A stretch of DNA of 56,393 nt, taken from the IMG/VR virus record IMGVR_UViG_3300038954_000199; one strand, given 5' to 3'. Source of the stretch: an uncultured virus (IMG/VR IMGVR_UViG_3300038954_000199) (Duplodnaviria; Heunggongvirae; Uroviricota; Caudoviricetes). Shown piece after piece: positions 29,042 through 39,151 of this stretch (position 1 is its first letter; each line of letters starts with the position of its first letter). The notes beneath the pieces were generated by a model. The model saw only the letters and a list, made by a program, of their open reading frames with translations, ran no database searches and was not told where the DNA came from. The position numbers were made by a program, and so were the translations under genes.

Positions 29042-29911
29042 TTATTCGGAGTTTTTTGATATCTCTTTTATTATTGAATAGCATTCCAGTTCTTCTAATA
29101 ATTCAAAGAGATCGGTGCTATGCACAGGAGGTTTTTTAAGCTGGTCTATGTCAACATTGATATTACAATTTGTAGCAAGAGTTATAAGTGTTCTATCTCT
29201 TTCAATATGTTTTTGTGCATCCTCAAATTTTTTACGTTTTGTTTTTGTTAGCTTAATTAAGTTATTATAAATATTATCTAACGATCCGTATTCAGATAAA
29301 AGGTTTATTGCCCCTTTCTTTCCTACCCCTGTTATTCCGGGGACGTTGTCCGACGTATCTCCTAGAATTGTTAGATAGTCTACTATTTGTTCTGGGTAGA
29401 CTCCAAATTTATTATATATCCCTTGTCGATCTAGGATGGTAGCTTCATCATTTCCTACGGACTTACCAAGGTCTAACATCGTGGTAGATTCATTAACTAA
29501 TTGTGCAAGGTCTTTATCTTTAGATACAATTGTTACTTTCCCTTTTGTTTCGGATTTCTTTGCCAGTATTCCAATTACATCGTCTGCTTCCAGGGGTCTA
29601 AATGCCGCAGTATATATACCCCAAGTTTTTAATAGGTGATAAGACATTTCTAATTGTGGTGTAATATCATCAGCATGTTTTCTATTTGCTTTATATTCGG
29701 GATAAAAATCTTTTCTCCATGTTCGATAAGGTGGATCAAATATAACACCTATATGCGTAACTGGATAATGTAATAATAATGTTGTTACTATCTTTGCCAT
29801 TCCCCAAGTAGCACTTGTATTTACACCTTTACTGGTAATTAATGGATTCTTTGCAAATGCGTGGTGATATCTATAAACAATTGAATGTCCGTCAAGTAGA
29901 TAAAGATGCAT
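29042..29911 (-). CDS. 5'-3' exonuclease / flap endonuclease (stand-alone PolI N-terminal domain)
   Basis: LLDGHSIVYR, YKANR, EADDVIG, SKDKDLAQL and the H3TH motif GDTSDNVPGITGVGKK. Confidence 0.95.
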   Translation of the reverse strand: MHLYLLDGHSIVYRYHHAFAKNPLITSKGVNTSATWGMAKIVTTLLLHYPVTHIGVIFDPPYRTWRKDFYPEYKANRKHADDITPQLEMSYHLLKTWGIYTAAFRPLEADDVIGILAKKSETKGKVTIVSKDKDLAQLVNESTTMLDLGKSVGNDEATILDRQGIYNKFGVYPEQIVDYLTILGDTSDNVPGITGVGKKGAINLLSEYGSLDNIYNNLIKLTKTKRKKFEDAQKHIERDRTLITLATNCNINVDIDQLKKPPVHSTDLFELLEELECYSIIKEISKNSE

Positions 29912-29913
29912 TG

Positions 29914-30549
29914 TTATCCTTCTGTAAGAAATCTTCTTTTATGTTTTGGAAACTTTCTTGAAAATTTTAGTACTTTACTAAGATACATAAGGTACTGAGT
30001 TAATTCCAGATCATTTGCTTTTTTAAGTCTTTCGACGGCATTATAAAATCTAAAGCTAAGCGGCCTTGTATTAGGTGCTCCGTCTCTCCAGTTTGCTAAA
30101 CATGATATTCTTTCACAAATTTCTTTTCCGGGTACTCGTCTTTCATATAACATTAATATTTCATATTGTTTTTTTGTAAGAGTTTTTTTTAGTTTTATAT
30201 CTATACTTGTTCGCTGTTTAAAATCTAGTAAAGCCAATATAGCAATAAAAACATATTTAAGGCGCTTTTTTCTTTGAGTCATTGCTGAAGAAGATAATTT
30301 TTTACCAAATGTGTTTTCGTGCATTTTTGCTTTAATAATATTATTTTTACAAGTATCTTCTGGATTTTTATATAACGAAAATAAAAGACATTCTTCTTTT
30401 GTTAAATGATTTTCGATTTTGTTATATATTCTAGTCATGTCATCAATAGACATTTCATAACTAGATTCATCCGAAAATAAGGATAAATCCTCTTCTGGAT
30501 CTTTATCTATGTATTGTATTAAATCTGAGTATCGTTCGATTCTTGGCAT
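29914..30549 (-). CDS. Putative DNA-binding protein with sigma region-4-like HTH(s)
   Basis: LTKEECLLF...SSSAMTQRKKRLK and LTKKQYEILMLY...KEICERI resemble sigma4/LuxR helices. Confidence 0.4.
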   Translation of the reverse strand: MPRIERYSDLIQYIDKDPEEDLSLFSDESSYEMSIDDMTRIYNKIENHLTKEECLLFSLYKNPEDTCKNNIIKAKMHENTFGKKLSSSAMTQRKKRLKYVFIAILALLDFKQRTSIDIKLKKTLTKKQYEILMLYERRVPGKEICERISCLANWRDGAPNTRPLSFRFYNAVERLKKANDLELTQYLMYLSKVLKFSRKFPKHKRRFLTEG

Positions 30550-31079
30550 AATAATAAGGGCATTTGAGTTATATAACTATATTGGTCACAAGTAAAGCGT
30601 ATAGTTGCAAATTCTTTATCAACCTTTTCAACGTACCCCCTCCATTTTTTAAATGTACCGTGAGTAATTTTAACAGTCATTCCTTCATGTAATACAGGTC
30701 TTTTATTTGATGATTCACAAACTTTTTTTATGGCTTTTACATCAGTTTCTTTAAGCTTTGTAGATTCGTCCATCATCATAAAAGTAACTGTTGTAAGGGA
30801 TGCAAATCCGTCATTTAAACACAAGGGATGTTTAGATCCTATAAAAAAATATCTATCTGTTAAATGAATAACAATATCTCTACCCGTTACAGGATCTTTT
30901 ACAGTTGTTGATGGTATAAGAACAGCATCTATTTTAGTTTTTGGAACAATTGTGTTTTTTATATATTTTACAAAAAGTTTATAATGTCCTAAATAAATAC
31001 CTGTATACCAGTATAACAAATCATACCCTGTAAAATTAAGGTCAGTATGAAATTTTTCTTGTTTTTTTATTTTTGACAT
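30519..31079 (-). CDS. NusG-family transcription elongation/antitermination factor (NGN-like + KOW)
   Basis: N-terminal WY...VLIPS...LTDRYFFI...LKETDVKAI; C-terminal KOW LHEGMTVKITHGTFKKWRGYVEKVD. Confidence 0.75.
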   Translation of the reverse strand: MSKIKKQEKFHTDLNFTGYDLLYWYTGIYLGHYKLFVKYIKNTIVPKTKIDAVLIPSTTVKDPVTGRDIVIHLTDRYFFIGSKHPLCLNDGFASLTTVTFMMMDESTKLKETDVKAIKKVCESSNKRPVLHEGMTVKITHGTFKKWRGYVEKVDKEFATIRFTCDQYSYITQMPLLLCQESNDTQI

Positions 31080-31086
31080 TACTAGT

Positions 31087-31115
31087 AAAATAATATAAAT
31101 TTACTAAAGTATCAA
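31087..31115 (-). promoter_or_regulatory. Putative sigma70-type promoter giving a leaderless NusG-like mRNA
   Basis: TTGATA-17 nt-TATTTT with 7 nt to the ATG at 31079; no SD. Confidence 0.45.
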
Positions 31116-31119
31116 ATTT

Positions 31120-31743
31120 TTATACAATCTCGACACTATAGTGTTTTTCTTTTTTTGTTAAGTCTTCAATATCTACTTTTAGCGTTTCTTTTTGTTCTTC
31201 TAGTATTCCTAAATCTTTTGCAAGGAGATCTTTTTTAGCTTTTACTCGTTCTTCTATTTCTTTTTTACTCATCTGTTCTGGGTTTATTAATGCGGCGTAC
31301 TGTTTTTTGTATGCCTTCAAAGAAGTATTTACATTCGATATTATATTTGGCAAAATGTCAGAAAACAAATTTCCCAGTTCGGTGCGGGACTGTTTTGCAT
31401 CTTCCAATACTTTTGTTATATAATTAAGATATTGTGAATGTTCTTTAACTAAATTCTTTAAAATATCTTTATTACATATAACATCTATCTTTAATAGTTC
31501 AATAAGATCCTCTGTTTTTTGTATGTTAGATATTTTGTTTTTGTATCCTTTTATTTTTTCTGTTATAAGTTTTAAATCTTCCTGTTTTGATTCTTTCACT
31601 TCTTTTATGTATGTTATATAGTTCCGTATAAAGTATCCGGACAATTCCTTAAAGGCCTTCTCTCCAGGACACGTTAACCAAAGAGGAAGTTTTTCTTTAA
31701 AATGGTTATCTTCTTCTAAAAACGTCTTTAGTGTTTTCATCAT
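31120..31743 (-). CDS. Hypothetical coiled-coil protein
   Basis: 207 aa; AGGAG SD; Lys/Glu heptads. Confidence 0.65.
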   Translation of the reverse strand: MMKTLKTFLEEDNHFKEKLPLWLTCPGEKAFKELSGYFIRNYITYIKEVKESKQEDLKLITEKIKGYKNKISNIQKTEDLIELLKIDVICNKDILKNLVKEHSQYLNYITKVLEDAKQSRTELGNLFSDILPNIISNVNTSLKAYKKQYAALINPEQMSKKEIEERVKAKKDLLAKDLGILEEQKETLKVDIEDLTKKEKHYSVEIV

Positions 31744-32050
31744 TCTCTCCTAAAAATTTGTCTACTTCTTCAATTAACTTTGCTATATATGTGATTGTTT
31801 TATCCACTGTTTTTTCAGGTTCCCTGCCATGTATATTTTTAATGTACTCTGTAACCTTTTCTAAATATCCTTTTGCAAAACATTCGTATTTATAGTATTT
31901 ATTTCTTAAAGCAAACGGTCTGGCACATCTATCTAATGTCTGTTCTTTCTTTTTTAATACTCTATTTATGTAAACTACTAGTCCTGCTAAATCCTGAGAC
32001 GCTAAAAATGTCCCAATAATATGAATCTCTTCATCCGACAGTTTACTCAT
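31706..32050 (-). CDS. Hypothetical protein
   Basis: 114 aa ORF overlapping both neighbours in the operon. Confidence 0.6.
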   Translation of the reverse strand: MSKLSDEEIHIIGTFLASQDLAGLVVYINRVLKKKEQTLDRCARPFALRNKYYKYECFAKGYLEKVTEYIKNIHGREPEKTVDKTITYIAKLIEEVDKFLGENDENTKDVFRRR

Positions 32051-34205
32051 AGGTTATAGTTGATACTCCATTATTCATTTCTACTGTTATAGTATCCTCT
32101 ATTACTGTTTTAAGTCGGTCGTTATGGCTAATAATAAGTTTTTGTCCTGGAACTTCATCTAGTAAAAAGTTTAATTCTCGTAGACCACTTTCATCCAGAG
32201 AATCCGCAATTTCATCCATGAAGAAGAAGTCAAAAATATTATTTCCTCGTTCTTTTGTAAGCTCTCTTAAAGCCATACCAACACAAGATCCAACTCTACT
32301 ACGTTGTCCCTTAGAAAGCAAATTAAAGGGTAATAAAGCATCATCTCTATATACGGTTACATTAAACTCTTCTTTATACCCTCGGCCTTCTTCTAAATCT
32401 TTCTTAGTAATATTAGATTTCAATTTTTGCGTGTCAAAATCTACTCGCATATTAACTTTAAGTCTTGATAGATATTCATTAACTTTATCTTCAAAATCAG
32501 GTAAGAAATTATCAATAATAGTCATTTTTATTTGTTTAAATCCTAATTCCCAAAATCCAAAGACTTCTGCTTCTTTTTTCTTTGTGGCTACAGACTTTTT
32601 CAAATTGTTGACTTCTTCTTCTACTTCTTTTATTTTATTAATGCTGGATTGATAATGACCGATATTTAATGTTATCTGTTCTGACGACTTAGATAGATTA
32701 TTTATTTTTTCTTCTGCTTCTTTTGTATTAAAATCCCCTAATGATTTAAGTTGTTTTTTTAGCTGTTCCAATTCCTGTTTTAGATTACTTACTTCTGTTT
32801 GTGCTTCATATGACAGGTTATTGTATTTGTTTACTAATTCTACATTTTTATTTTTTAAGGATAAAATATCATTTTGAAATTCTTCGGCATGTATACTATC
32901 CAGTTGTCGCTTAGAAGAAATATACTCTGTGGTTTCGTTATTAATATTTGTTAGTTCTGTTCGGAGTTCTTTCTGTCTTTGGTTTTGGGAATTAATAGTT
33001 CTTGAGATTTCTACCTGTTTCGATTTTTTTTCGGAATAGTTGGATTTAAGTTTTTCTATGTCCACTTCAGTTAATATATTGTTTTGTATCATTAATGTAG
33101 AAGAACACTTTGGACAAACAAACGGATTTGTTATTTGTGTAGATATAGTTGTTAAATCGCTATTCAAGGAACTTGATTCTGAGTATAATTTATTTATCTT
33201 GTCGGCAACTGTTAATTGCTCCTGTTCAAGGTCTTTTTGAACTTTTTTATTCTTATCATACTGTTTTTCTAATTCAATAACTTTTTTATTTAATAGGTCG
33301 TATTTAACTTTTTCGTGTTCCTTTGTTTTTATGTTTTGGTTATTAGTATTTATTTCTCTTTCAATATTATCCAGGTTAGCTATTACAGATTGTCTTTTAT
33401 GATTAAGAAAATTATCCTTTTCTGAAATTATCTTTTCTAACGAGTCTTTATTAGAATTATTTAAAATGTTCTGTTGTAGTATTTTTATTTCTTCTGTTAT
33501 TTTATTACGTTCTTCTTCATTTGCTTTTATCTGTTCTTCGTATCCCAGGATTGTATTTTGTTTAAGATAATCCTCTTTGTATATGATGTCTTCAAGTACA
33601 GGAGAAATTTTATCTAATATGTCTTTTTTCTTTTTCTTTGCCTCTTCAGAGGCTATTGAATATCTATTGAGTCCCAAATATCTTTCAATAATTTCAAATC
33701 GCTGTTTTGATTTTACTTCTTTAGCCATAAATCCTTTTACAGTATCAGAACTAAAGTAACAGGTATTTATAAAATCATTTGCTATTTCCATTGCTTTTAA
33801 ACGCGGAGATATGTTTAGAACTTTTAACAACTCCTTTTGTGTTTCCATATCGGTATCACAAGTAATATCTTTATACCCATATCGAACCTTTAAATATTTA
33901 GTACTTTTACTTCTACCTCTTTCAATTACTAAATCAATGTCGCCATTTGTAAGAGTAAGTGTCGCACTTCCTTTTTTCTTTCCCCTTCGAATTACATCAA
34001 ACGCATTTTCCTTCTGAAATACTTCTCCCAGTAACACCCAAAATATAACATTCAATATATTAGACTTTCCAGCACCATTACTGTCTGCACCGGACTCATC
34101 ATTATTTACACCAAGGATTAATGTTTTATAAATATCATTAAATACAATTTGAACACCATCTCCAAAACTATACAGATTGTTAATTACTAAACTTTTCAGT
34201 CTCAT
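32043..34205 (-). CDS. sbcC: SbcC/Rad50 (gp46-like) SMC ATPase
   Basis: Walker A NGAGKS, coiled coils with CPKC zinc hook, signature LSKGQ, Walker B FFMDE, ISH. Confidence 0.95.
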   Translation of the reverse strand: MRLKSLVINNLYSFGDGVQIVFNDIYKTLILGVNNDESGADSNGAGKSNILNVIFWVLLGEVFQKENAFDVIRRGKKKGSATLTLTNGDIDLVIERGRSKSTKYLKVRYGYKDITCDTDMETQKELLKVLNISPRLKAMEIANDFINTCYFSSDTVKGFMAKEVKSKQRFEIIERYLGLNRYSIASEEAKKKKKDILDKISPVLEDIIYKEDYLKQNTILGYEEQIKANEEERNKITEEIKILQQNILNNSNKDSLEKIISEKDNFLNHKRQSVIANLDNIEREINTNNQNIKTKEHEKVKYDLLNKKVIELEKQYDKNKKVQKDLEQEQLTVADKINKLYSESSSLNSDLTTISTQITNPFVCPKCSSTLMIQNNILTEVDIEKLKSNYSEKKSKQVEISRTINSQNQRQKELRTELTNINNETTEYISSKRQLDSIHAEEFQNDILSLKNKNVELVNKYNNLSYEAQTEVSNLKQELEQLKKQLKSLGDFNTKEAEEKINNLSKSSEQITLNIGHYQSSINKIKEVEEEVNNLKKSVATKKKEAEVFGFWELGFKQIKMTIIDNFLPDFEDKVNEYLSRLKVNMRVDFDTQKLKSNITKKDLEEGRGYKEEFNVTVYRDDALLPFNLLSKGQRSRVGSCVGMALRELTKERGNNIFDFFFMDEIADSLDESGLRELNFLLDEVPGQKLIISHNDRLKTVIEDTITVEMNNGVSTITYE

Positions 34206-35257
34206 TCAGTCTCCTCCGCTTTCTCTTGAGCACTCTTGGCAATTTCCAATCCCGCAGTAAGGTACGTTTTATCTTTGTTTTTATCTTTTACAAAGGAGTA
34301 AATATGATCTTCCATTTTTACCGTCTTCAACTCAATATTTTTTTTATTACCATCCACTCTTTTTTCATCAATAATAACTTTTAATGCCTTTTTAAATCTC
34401 TTACTAAATTTGTGTTTATCAATAGACCTAATCCATTCGGTAGACCCAACAAGATTAAATTTTATAAGTATACCTTTATCTAATAAATATTCAGGTATTT
34501 TATTTGACAGATATAAGTTATCAGCATCATCTTCTTTAATATTTATGACATACATCTTACGTTGAGGTATTTCAATGTACTGTACACTCATTTCATTCGT
34601 ATCAACGATACCAAATACTTTTTTGTTGGAGACCTCTCCAAAATTACATTTTACACAAGATCCTATATACCCAAAAAATTTACGGAATTCTTGAAATTTG
34701 TGTATGTGTCCTAATAAGGTTATATCAGATTTAAATAAATTTTTTGATAGACCATGTCTCATATTTGTATTATCAGGTGCTAATTGCGCACCAGAAATTT
34801 CTAGGTGACCAAATGTTATATCACTCGGTTCTATACATTCTGAAATAAATTCATGATTCCCATAGGGTAGATATAATATTTTTTTATCGTCAACAAATTC
34901 TGTTTTAGGTTCTGATATTATTTCTATGTTTTTTGGTATAATCTTTTCATCACTTGAAAAATTATATGTTAAACCTGTTCGATCATGATTACCTATAAGT
35001 ATTTTTATAGGCACTCCTAATTTTTGAGAAGGTGATAATTCTTCCCAAAACAATCTTTTTAACCATTCTGGAGGATTAATTGCATCAAATACATCCCCCA
35101 AAAAAACAATCATAGCTTTCAGTTCACAGGCATACTTTATACAGATACGTAATGCTTCTAGTTTATCTTTTAATCGAGTATTTATACCGTCATGTTCAAT
35201 GACACCCAAAGGATCGGTACGTCTTAAATGTAGATCACCAATTGTTACAATTTTCAT
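34202..35257 (-). CDS. sbcD: SbcD/Mre11 (gp47-like) nuclease
   Basis: GDLHL, GDVFD, GNHD and LGHIH metallophosphoesterase motifs; adjacent to SbcC. Confidence 0.95.
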   Translation of the reverse strand: MKIVTIGDLHLRRTDPLGVIEHDGINTRLKDKLEALRICIKYACELKAMIVFLGDVFDAINPPEWLKRLFWEELSPSQKLGVPIKILIGNHDRTGLTYNFSSDEKIIPKNIEIISEPKTEFVDDKKILYLPYGNHEFISECIEPSDITFGHLEISGAQLAPDNTNMRHGLSKNLFKSDITLLGHIHKFQEFRKFFGYIGSCVKCNFGEVSNKKVFGIVDTNEMSVQYIEIPQRKMYVINIKEDDADNLYLSNKIPEYLLDKGILIKFNLVGSTEWIRSIDKHKFSKRFKKALKVIIDEKRVDGNKKNIELKTVKMEDHIYSFVKDKNKDKTYLTAGLEIAKSAQEKAEETE

Positions 35258-35258
35258 G

Positions 35259-35471
35259 TTAACCTCTAAAAGTTATTCTACCACGGGAAAGATCATAAGG
35301 AGAAACTTCTACGGTAACGTTATCTCCTGGAACAATTTTTATAAAATTCATTCGTATTTTTCCAGATAAGGTTGCTAAAACCTTATGCCCGTTGTTTACT
35401 TCAACAATAAAAGCATTGGGTTTAGTATCAACTACGGTTCCTTTTAATTCAATAGGTTTTTCTTTTGCCAC
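35259..35471 (-). CDS. infA: Translation initiation factor IF-1
   Basis: [13 protein letters not shown]...[35 protein letters not shown]; the likely start is GTG at 35471, overlapping the polymerase TAG (TAGTG). Confidence 0.97.
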   Translation of the reverse strand: MAKEKPIELKGTVVDTKPNAFIVEVNNGHKVLATLSGKIRMNFIKIVPGDNVTVEVSPYDLSRGRITFRG

Positions 35472-37990
35472 TATTTGATCCCCCATTCTTTATAAATGTC
35501 AATATCGGCTTTCATTTTAACACTAAAATCTTTGTGTGGGCTACATTCCATAGTATCTACCATTAAGTTTGATACATAATCTACATAGTCATTTCTTGTT
35601 TCTGTTATAATACTATCATAAACAGTAAGGACTATTTTTCCTGGAATATTGTTTTCTTTAAGGTGTTTATGAATACGTATTAATGCTAATATTGTTATAT
35701 CCGATGCGGTAGATTGAATAATAGAATTTACGGATTGTCGTTCGGATTTAGCTTTTATGTCCGAATCAAAAGAAAATATTCCTGGTAGATATCTAGTTCT
35801 TCCGAAAATATTTTTTACGTACCCTTGTTTTTTAACATATTCATGAGTATCCAATATCCATTTTTTACAGTTTGGAAATCTACCAAAAAAGGCATTCATA
35901 AAATCTTCTGCTTCTTTAATTGGTATGTTATATTCCATAGCAATAGATTTTGCACCTCTACCGTATAGTAGTCCAAATACGGTTCCCTTTGCTGCCTGTC
36001 GCATTCCTTTAACAATAGGGTCCTCTAATATATTAAGTTTATGTATAAATGTATCATATGGTATATTGTTAACTTCAGAAGCAACTAAGCTATGGACATC
36101 AATTTCGTCGGAGTCAAACGCACTTTTTAATGTTTTGTCATTTGCATAATGAGCAAAACATCTGACTTCAGCTTGAGACAAGTCACTTTGGATTAGATAG
36201 TTTCCTTCTTCTGCAATGTACATTTTTTTAATATCGGACTCTCTAGGGATATTCATTAGGCCCTTACTTGATGGTCTACCTGTTTTAGTTCCTACAGGAC
36301 GTATAGACATATGTACACGGTCATTCTTATCTATGTTACGCAAAGGGTTTTCCAAATAGGTAGATGACATTTTTTTAAGATGCCTGTGGTCTAAAATAAG
36401 TTTTGGTACTATATGTTTATTTCCCAGTTCACCTAGAACTTCGTTATCTGTACTAACTTTTCCGGTGTCCGTATTTTTGTTTGATGTAAGACCCAAATGT
36501 TTAAATAATACCTTAGCTACTTCTGGAGCGGAAGCAACATTGAATTTTATATTAGCGTGTTGATAAATATCCTTTTCTATTTTCTTTGACCGTTCTGTAT
36601 ATTCTGTAATCATTTTTTCTGCTAATAGTCTATTGTACTTTACACCATAATATTCAAAATCTTCACAAAATTCCATAAGTGGTACATAAAAGTTAGTCAT
36701 AAACTTCATACGTTCCGGATCACTTAAAAATTTATTATAATGGTCTTTTGTTAATCTATAAGTGGCGTCACAGTCACCACAACAATAATCGGAAATTGTT
36801 TGTAGTGATGCGTTGGTAGAGTTAGAACCACTGTTTGTTTCTTTTTTCCATCTTTCTGAATATCCTAAAAGGTCAATATAATTATTTTTAAGAACGTCTA
36901 ATGCATTAGATGTGTTTTCATTTATTAAATATGCACTACACATAGAATCCCAGGACAAACCATTAACTTTTATTTTAAGATCTTTGCGTATCATAACGGT
37001 ATCAAAATGAGAATTGTGCGCACTTTTTTTTATATGTTTGTCTTCTAAAATTGGTCGGATTAAATCTATTACCGTTTCTCTTGATATATCTTTATCATCC
37101 CAAAAAGGAACCAGATTAGTACTCATAAGAGGCTTCACAAAGAATGGGATATAACACGATACGCCTTCATCAAGACCGATTCCAAGTCCCAATACATAAT
37201 CTTTCCAGTTAACCCCCGATGTTTCAACATCAAAAGTCATTACCTTACGTTCTTTAATTAAGCTCAAAACCTTCTCTAACTTTTCCCTATTATCTACCAC
37301 CCGATACTGATGTTCAATGAACAAAATGTTGTCATTACTTAAATCAACGGCCTTTTTAATATGAGATACCACTTCCTTTGCAATTACAGATAAACCAAAT
37401 TTTGTATTAACGCCCCCATTTCTTAAAACATAAGAAGGATGATACGTTGGGATCATATATATCCTATTTGTATGAAAATTACTGTGGGGATATAAAGATG
37501 GTAGTCCTACTCTATCTGTTATTTTTTGTTTTTTTACTTCTAAAGCATTTAGGGCCGTAGATCCCAAAGGTATAATTACTTTAGGTTTTACTAAGTCAAT
37601 CTCTTCGGATAAGTATTTAAAACATGCTTTCATCTCTTTGGGAGTAGGCTTACGATTTGTATACCCAGATTGTTTAGGTGAACTATTAGTTTCCTCTCCC
37701 CATAGTAATGTAGGGGTATCATCTTTTTTTACTTCACCTTCGCAGGGCCAGCACTTACACACATTTGTTATATATATGTCCGATCTTTTTAAACCTGCAA
37801 GTTCCAATATATTATCAAGGCATTTACCAGAGTTACCAACAAATGGTTGTCCGGTATATGCCTCGGTCATTCCAGGAGCTTCCCCTACCAACATAATATC
37901 TGCTTTTGGGTTACCCTTACCTAACACCACTTTAGTGTTGGGTGGCCGGTTACCTAATGGGCAGATCTTACAGTTTTTAGGATCTACCAA
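35471..37990 (-). CDS. polA: Family A DNA polymerase with N-terminal family-4 uracil-DNA glycosylase and 3'-5' exonuclease
   Basis: UDG: CKIC, GEAPG, KCWP, KAC, HPS. Exonuclease: FDVETSG, HNSHFD, YCCGD. Polymerase: [26 protein letters not shown]. Confidence 0.95.
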   Translation of the reverse strand: MVDPKNCKICPLGNRPPNTKVVLGKGNPKADIMLVGEAPGMTEAYTGQPFVGNSGKCLDNILELAGLKRSDIYITNVCKCWPCEGEVKKDDTPTLLWGEETNSSPKQSGYTNRKPTPKEMKACFKYLSEEIDLVKPKVIIPLGSTALNALEVKKQKITDRVGLPSLYPHSNFHTNRIYMIPTYHPSYVLRNGGVNTKFGLSVIAKEVVSHIKKAVDLSNDNILFIEHQYRVVDNREKLEKVLSLIKERKVMTFDVETSGVNWKDYVLGLGIGLDEGVSCYIPFFVKPLMSTNLVPFWDDKDISRETVIDLIRPILEDKHIKKSAHNSHFDTVMIRKDLKIKVNGLSWDSMCSAYLINENTSNALDVLKNNYIDLLGYSERWKKETNSGSNSTNASLQTISDYCCGDCDATYRLTKDHYNKFLSDPERMKFMTNFYVPLMEFCEDFEYYGVKYNRLLAEKMITEYTERSKKIEKDIYQHANIKFNVASAPEVAKVLFKHLGLTSNKNTDTGKVSTDNEVLGELGNKHIVPKLILDHRHLKKMSSTYLENPLRNIDKNDRVHMSIRPVGTKTGRPSSKGLMNIPRESDIKKMYIAEEGNYLIQSDLSQAEVRCFAHYANDKTLKSAFDSDEIDVHSLVASEVNNIPYDTFIHKLNILEDPIVKGMRQAAKGTVFGLLYGRGAKSIAMEYNIPIKEAEDFMNAFFGRFPNCKKWILDTHEYVKKQGYVKNIFGRTRYLPGIFSFDSDIKAKSERQSVNSIIQSTASDITILALIRIHKHLKENNIPGKIVLTVYDSIITETRNDYVDYVSNLMVDTMECSPHKDFSVKMKADIDIYKEWGIK

Positions 37991-39151
37991 TTATGCCCCA
38001 GCTCTAAGTGCGGTAAAAAAGAATAATCTAGTATCTGATTTAACACCAATCCATTCGGCATAGTCTGCTTTTTCTTTAAGCGGAGACATAAATAAAGTAA
38101 CCTCTTTTTCTGGAAATATTTTAATAAGCGTTTCTAAGTGGGTGAAGAAAAACTTACCTCCAATTATAGTATCTGAGCGGGACACTTCAGCATCCACATA
38201 GACCAGACCATCGGCTCCCGTTAAAGAATTGTTATCTTCTAAAGAAACATAACCTTCCGGATTAAACTTAACAAAATATTTATCCGACTCAACAATGTCT
38301 CGAATTTCCATCAATTTTTCAGAAAAGTCTTTAATTGAAATTTTAGCAGATGCTGTTGTTCTACCTATTTTATTTTCAATAGTTTCAAATATATTAAAAA
38401 TAGCATCCTTTGGAAATTTTGTTGATAACAAAGATTTAGTTATTGTCATATTATTAATTTTTAATACAACTTTTTGTTTATTTGTCGTCATTCCTATAAA
38501 CGCTTCTTTTTCTTTAGTTTTGCTAAGACACGTGGAAAACAGGTCTGTTGAAAAAACCAAGTCTTCTGCATTTTCAAACAATTCACCATTACGAATATAA
38601 AGTGCAGCAATTCGGTCACTTGATACCATTCCCTTATTGGTAAATAATGTCCCAGACAATTCTTCATATTTACCAGATAATGATGTGATTAAAAACGAGT
38701 CATTAAGATTTTTTACGACTGTTTTTATCGGTATTGGGTTTTCTGACAATTGTATTTCTGGAGCATCGGTCCTGGAAGCAACGTAAAAGGATAAATCAAA
38801 CCGTCTTTTTCCTTCTCCTATTGCAACGGTAGATTCGGATATTACAAAGGTAACTTCTTTTGATGACCCCTTAACAATAGACGATAACTTCTTTGCATTT
38901 ATTTTATAAGACTTGTCTAAATGATCAGACATTTCGCCTTCTATCACTTCAATCGGTATTTGTTCACAATAAATACTATTGACTTGGTTAGACAATACTA
39001 AATTCATTGTAGAAGGAGTTAATGTAATAGCAACATCATTAGAGGCTAATACCGTTTGCTTACCGAGTCCGATAGACTTAACATTTACTACGTTTGTAAC
39101 CATATTGGTAGAGTCAACCAATTGATTCTTTTTAACTTTAAATTTAATCAT
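37991..39151 (-). CDS. Divergent DNA sliding clamp (DnaN/beta-like)
   Basis: 386 aa; MIKFKVKKNQL, INAKKLSSIVK, ELSGTLF...VSSDRIA and KSLLSTKFP follow the beta-clamp layout; lies between polymerase and clamp loader. Confidence 0.7.
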   Translation of the reverse strand: MIKFKVKKNQLVDSTNMVTNVVNVKSIGLGKQTVLASNDVAITLTPSTMNLVLSNQVNSIYCEQIPIEVIEGEMSDHLDKSYKINAKKLSSIVKGSSKEVTFVISESTVAIGEGKRRFDLSFYVASRTDAPEIQLSENPIPIKTVVKNLNDSFLITSLSGKYEELSGTLFTNKGMVSSDRIAALYIRNGELFENAEDLVFSTDLFSTCLSKTKEKEAFIGMTTNKQKVVLKINNMTITKSLLSTKFPKDAIFNIFETIENKIGRTTASAKISIKDFSEKLMEIRDIVESDKYFVKFNPEGYVSLEDNNSLTGADGLVYVDAEVSRSDTIIGGKFFFTHLETLIKIFPEKEVTLFMSPLKEKADYAEWIGVKSDTRLFFFTALRAGA

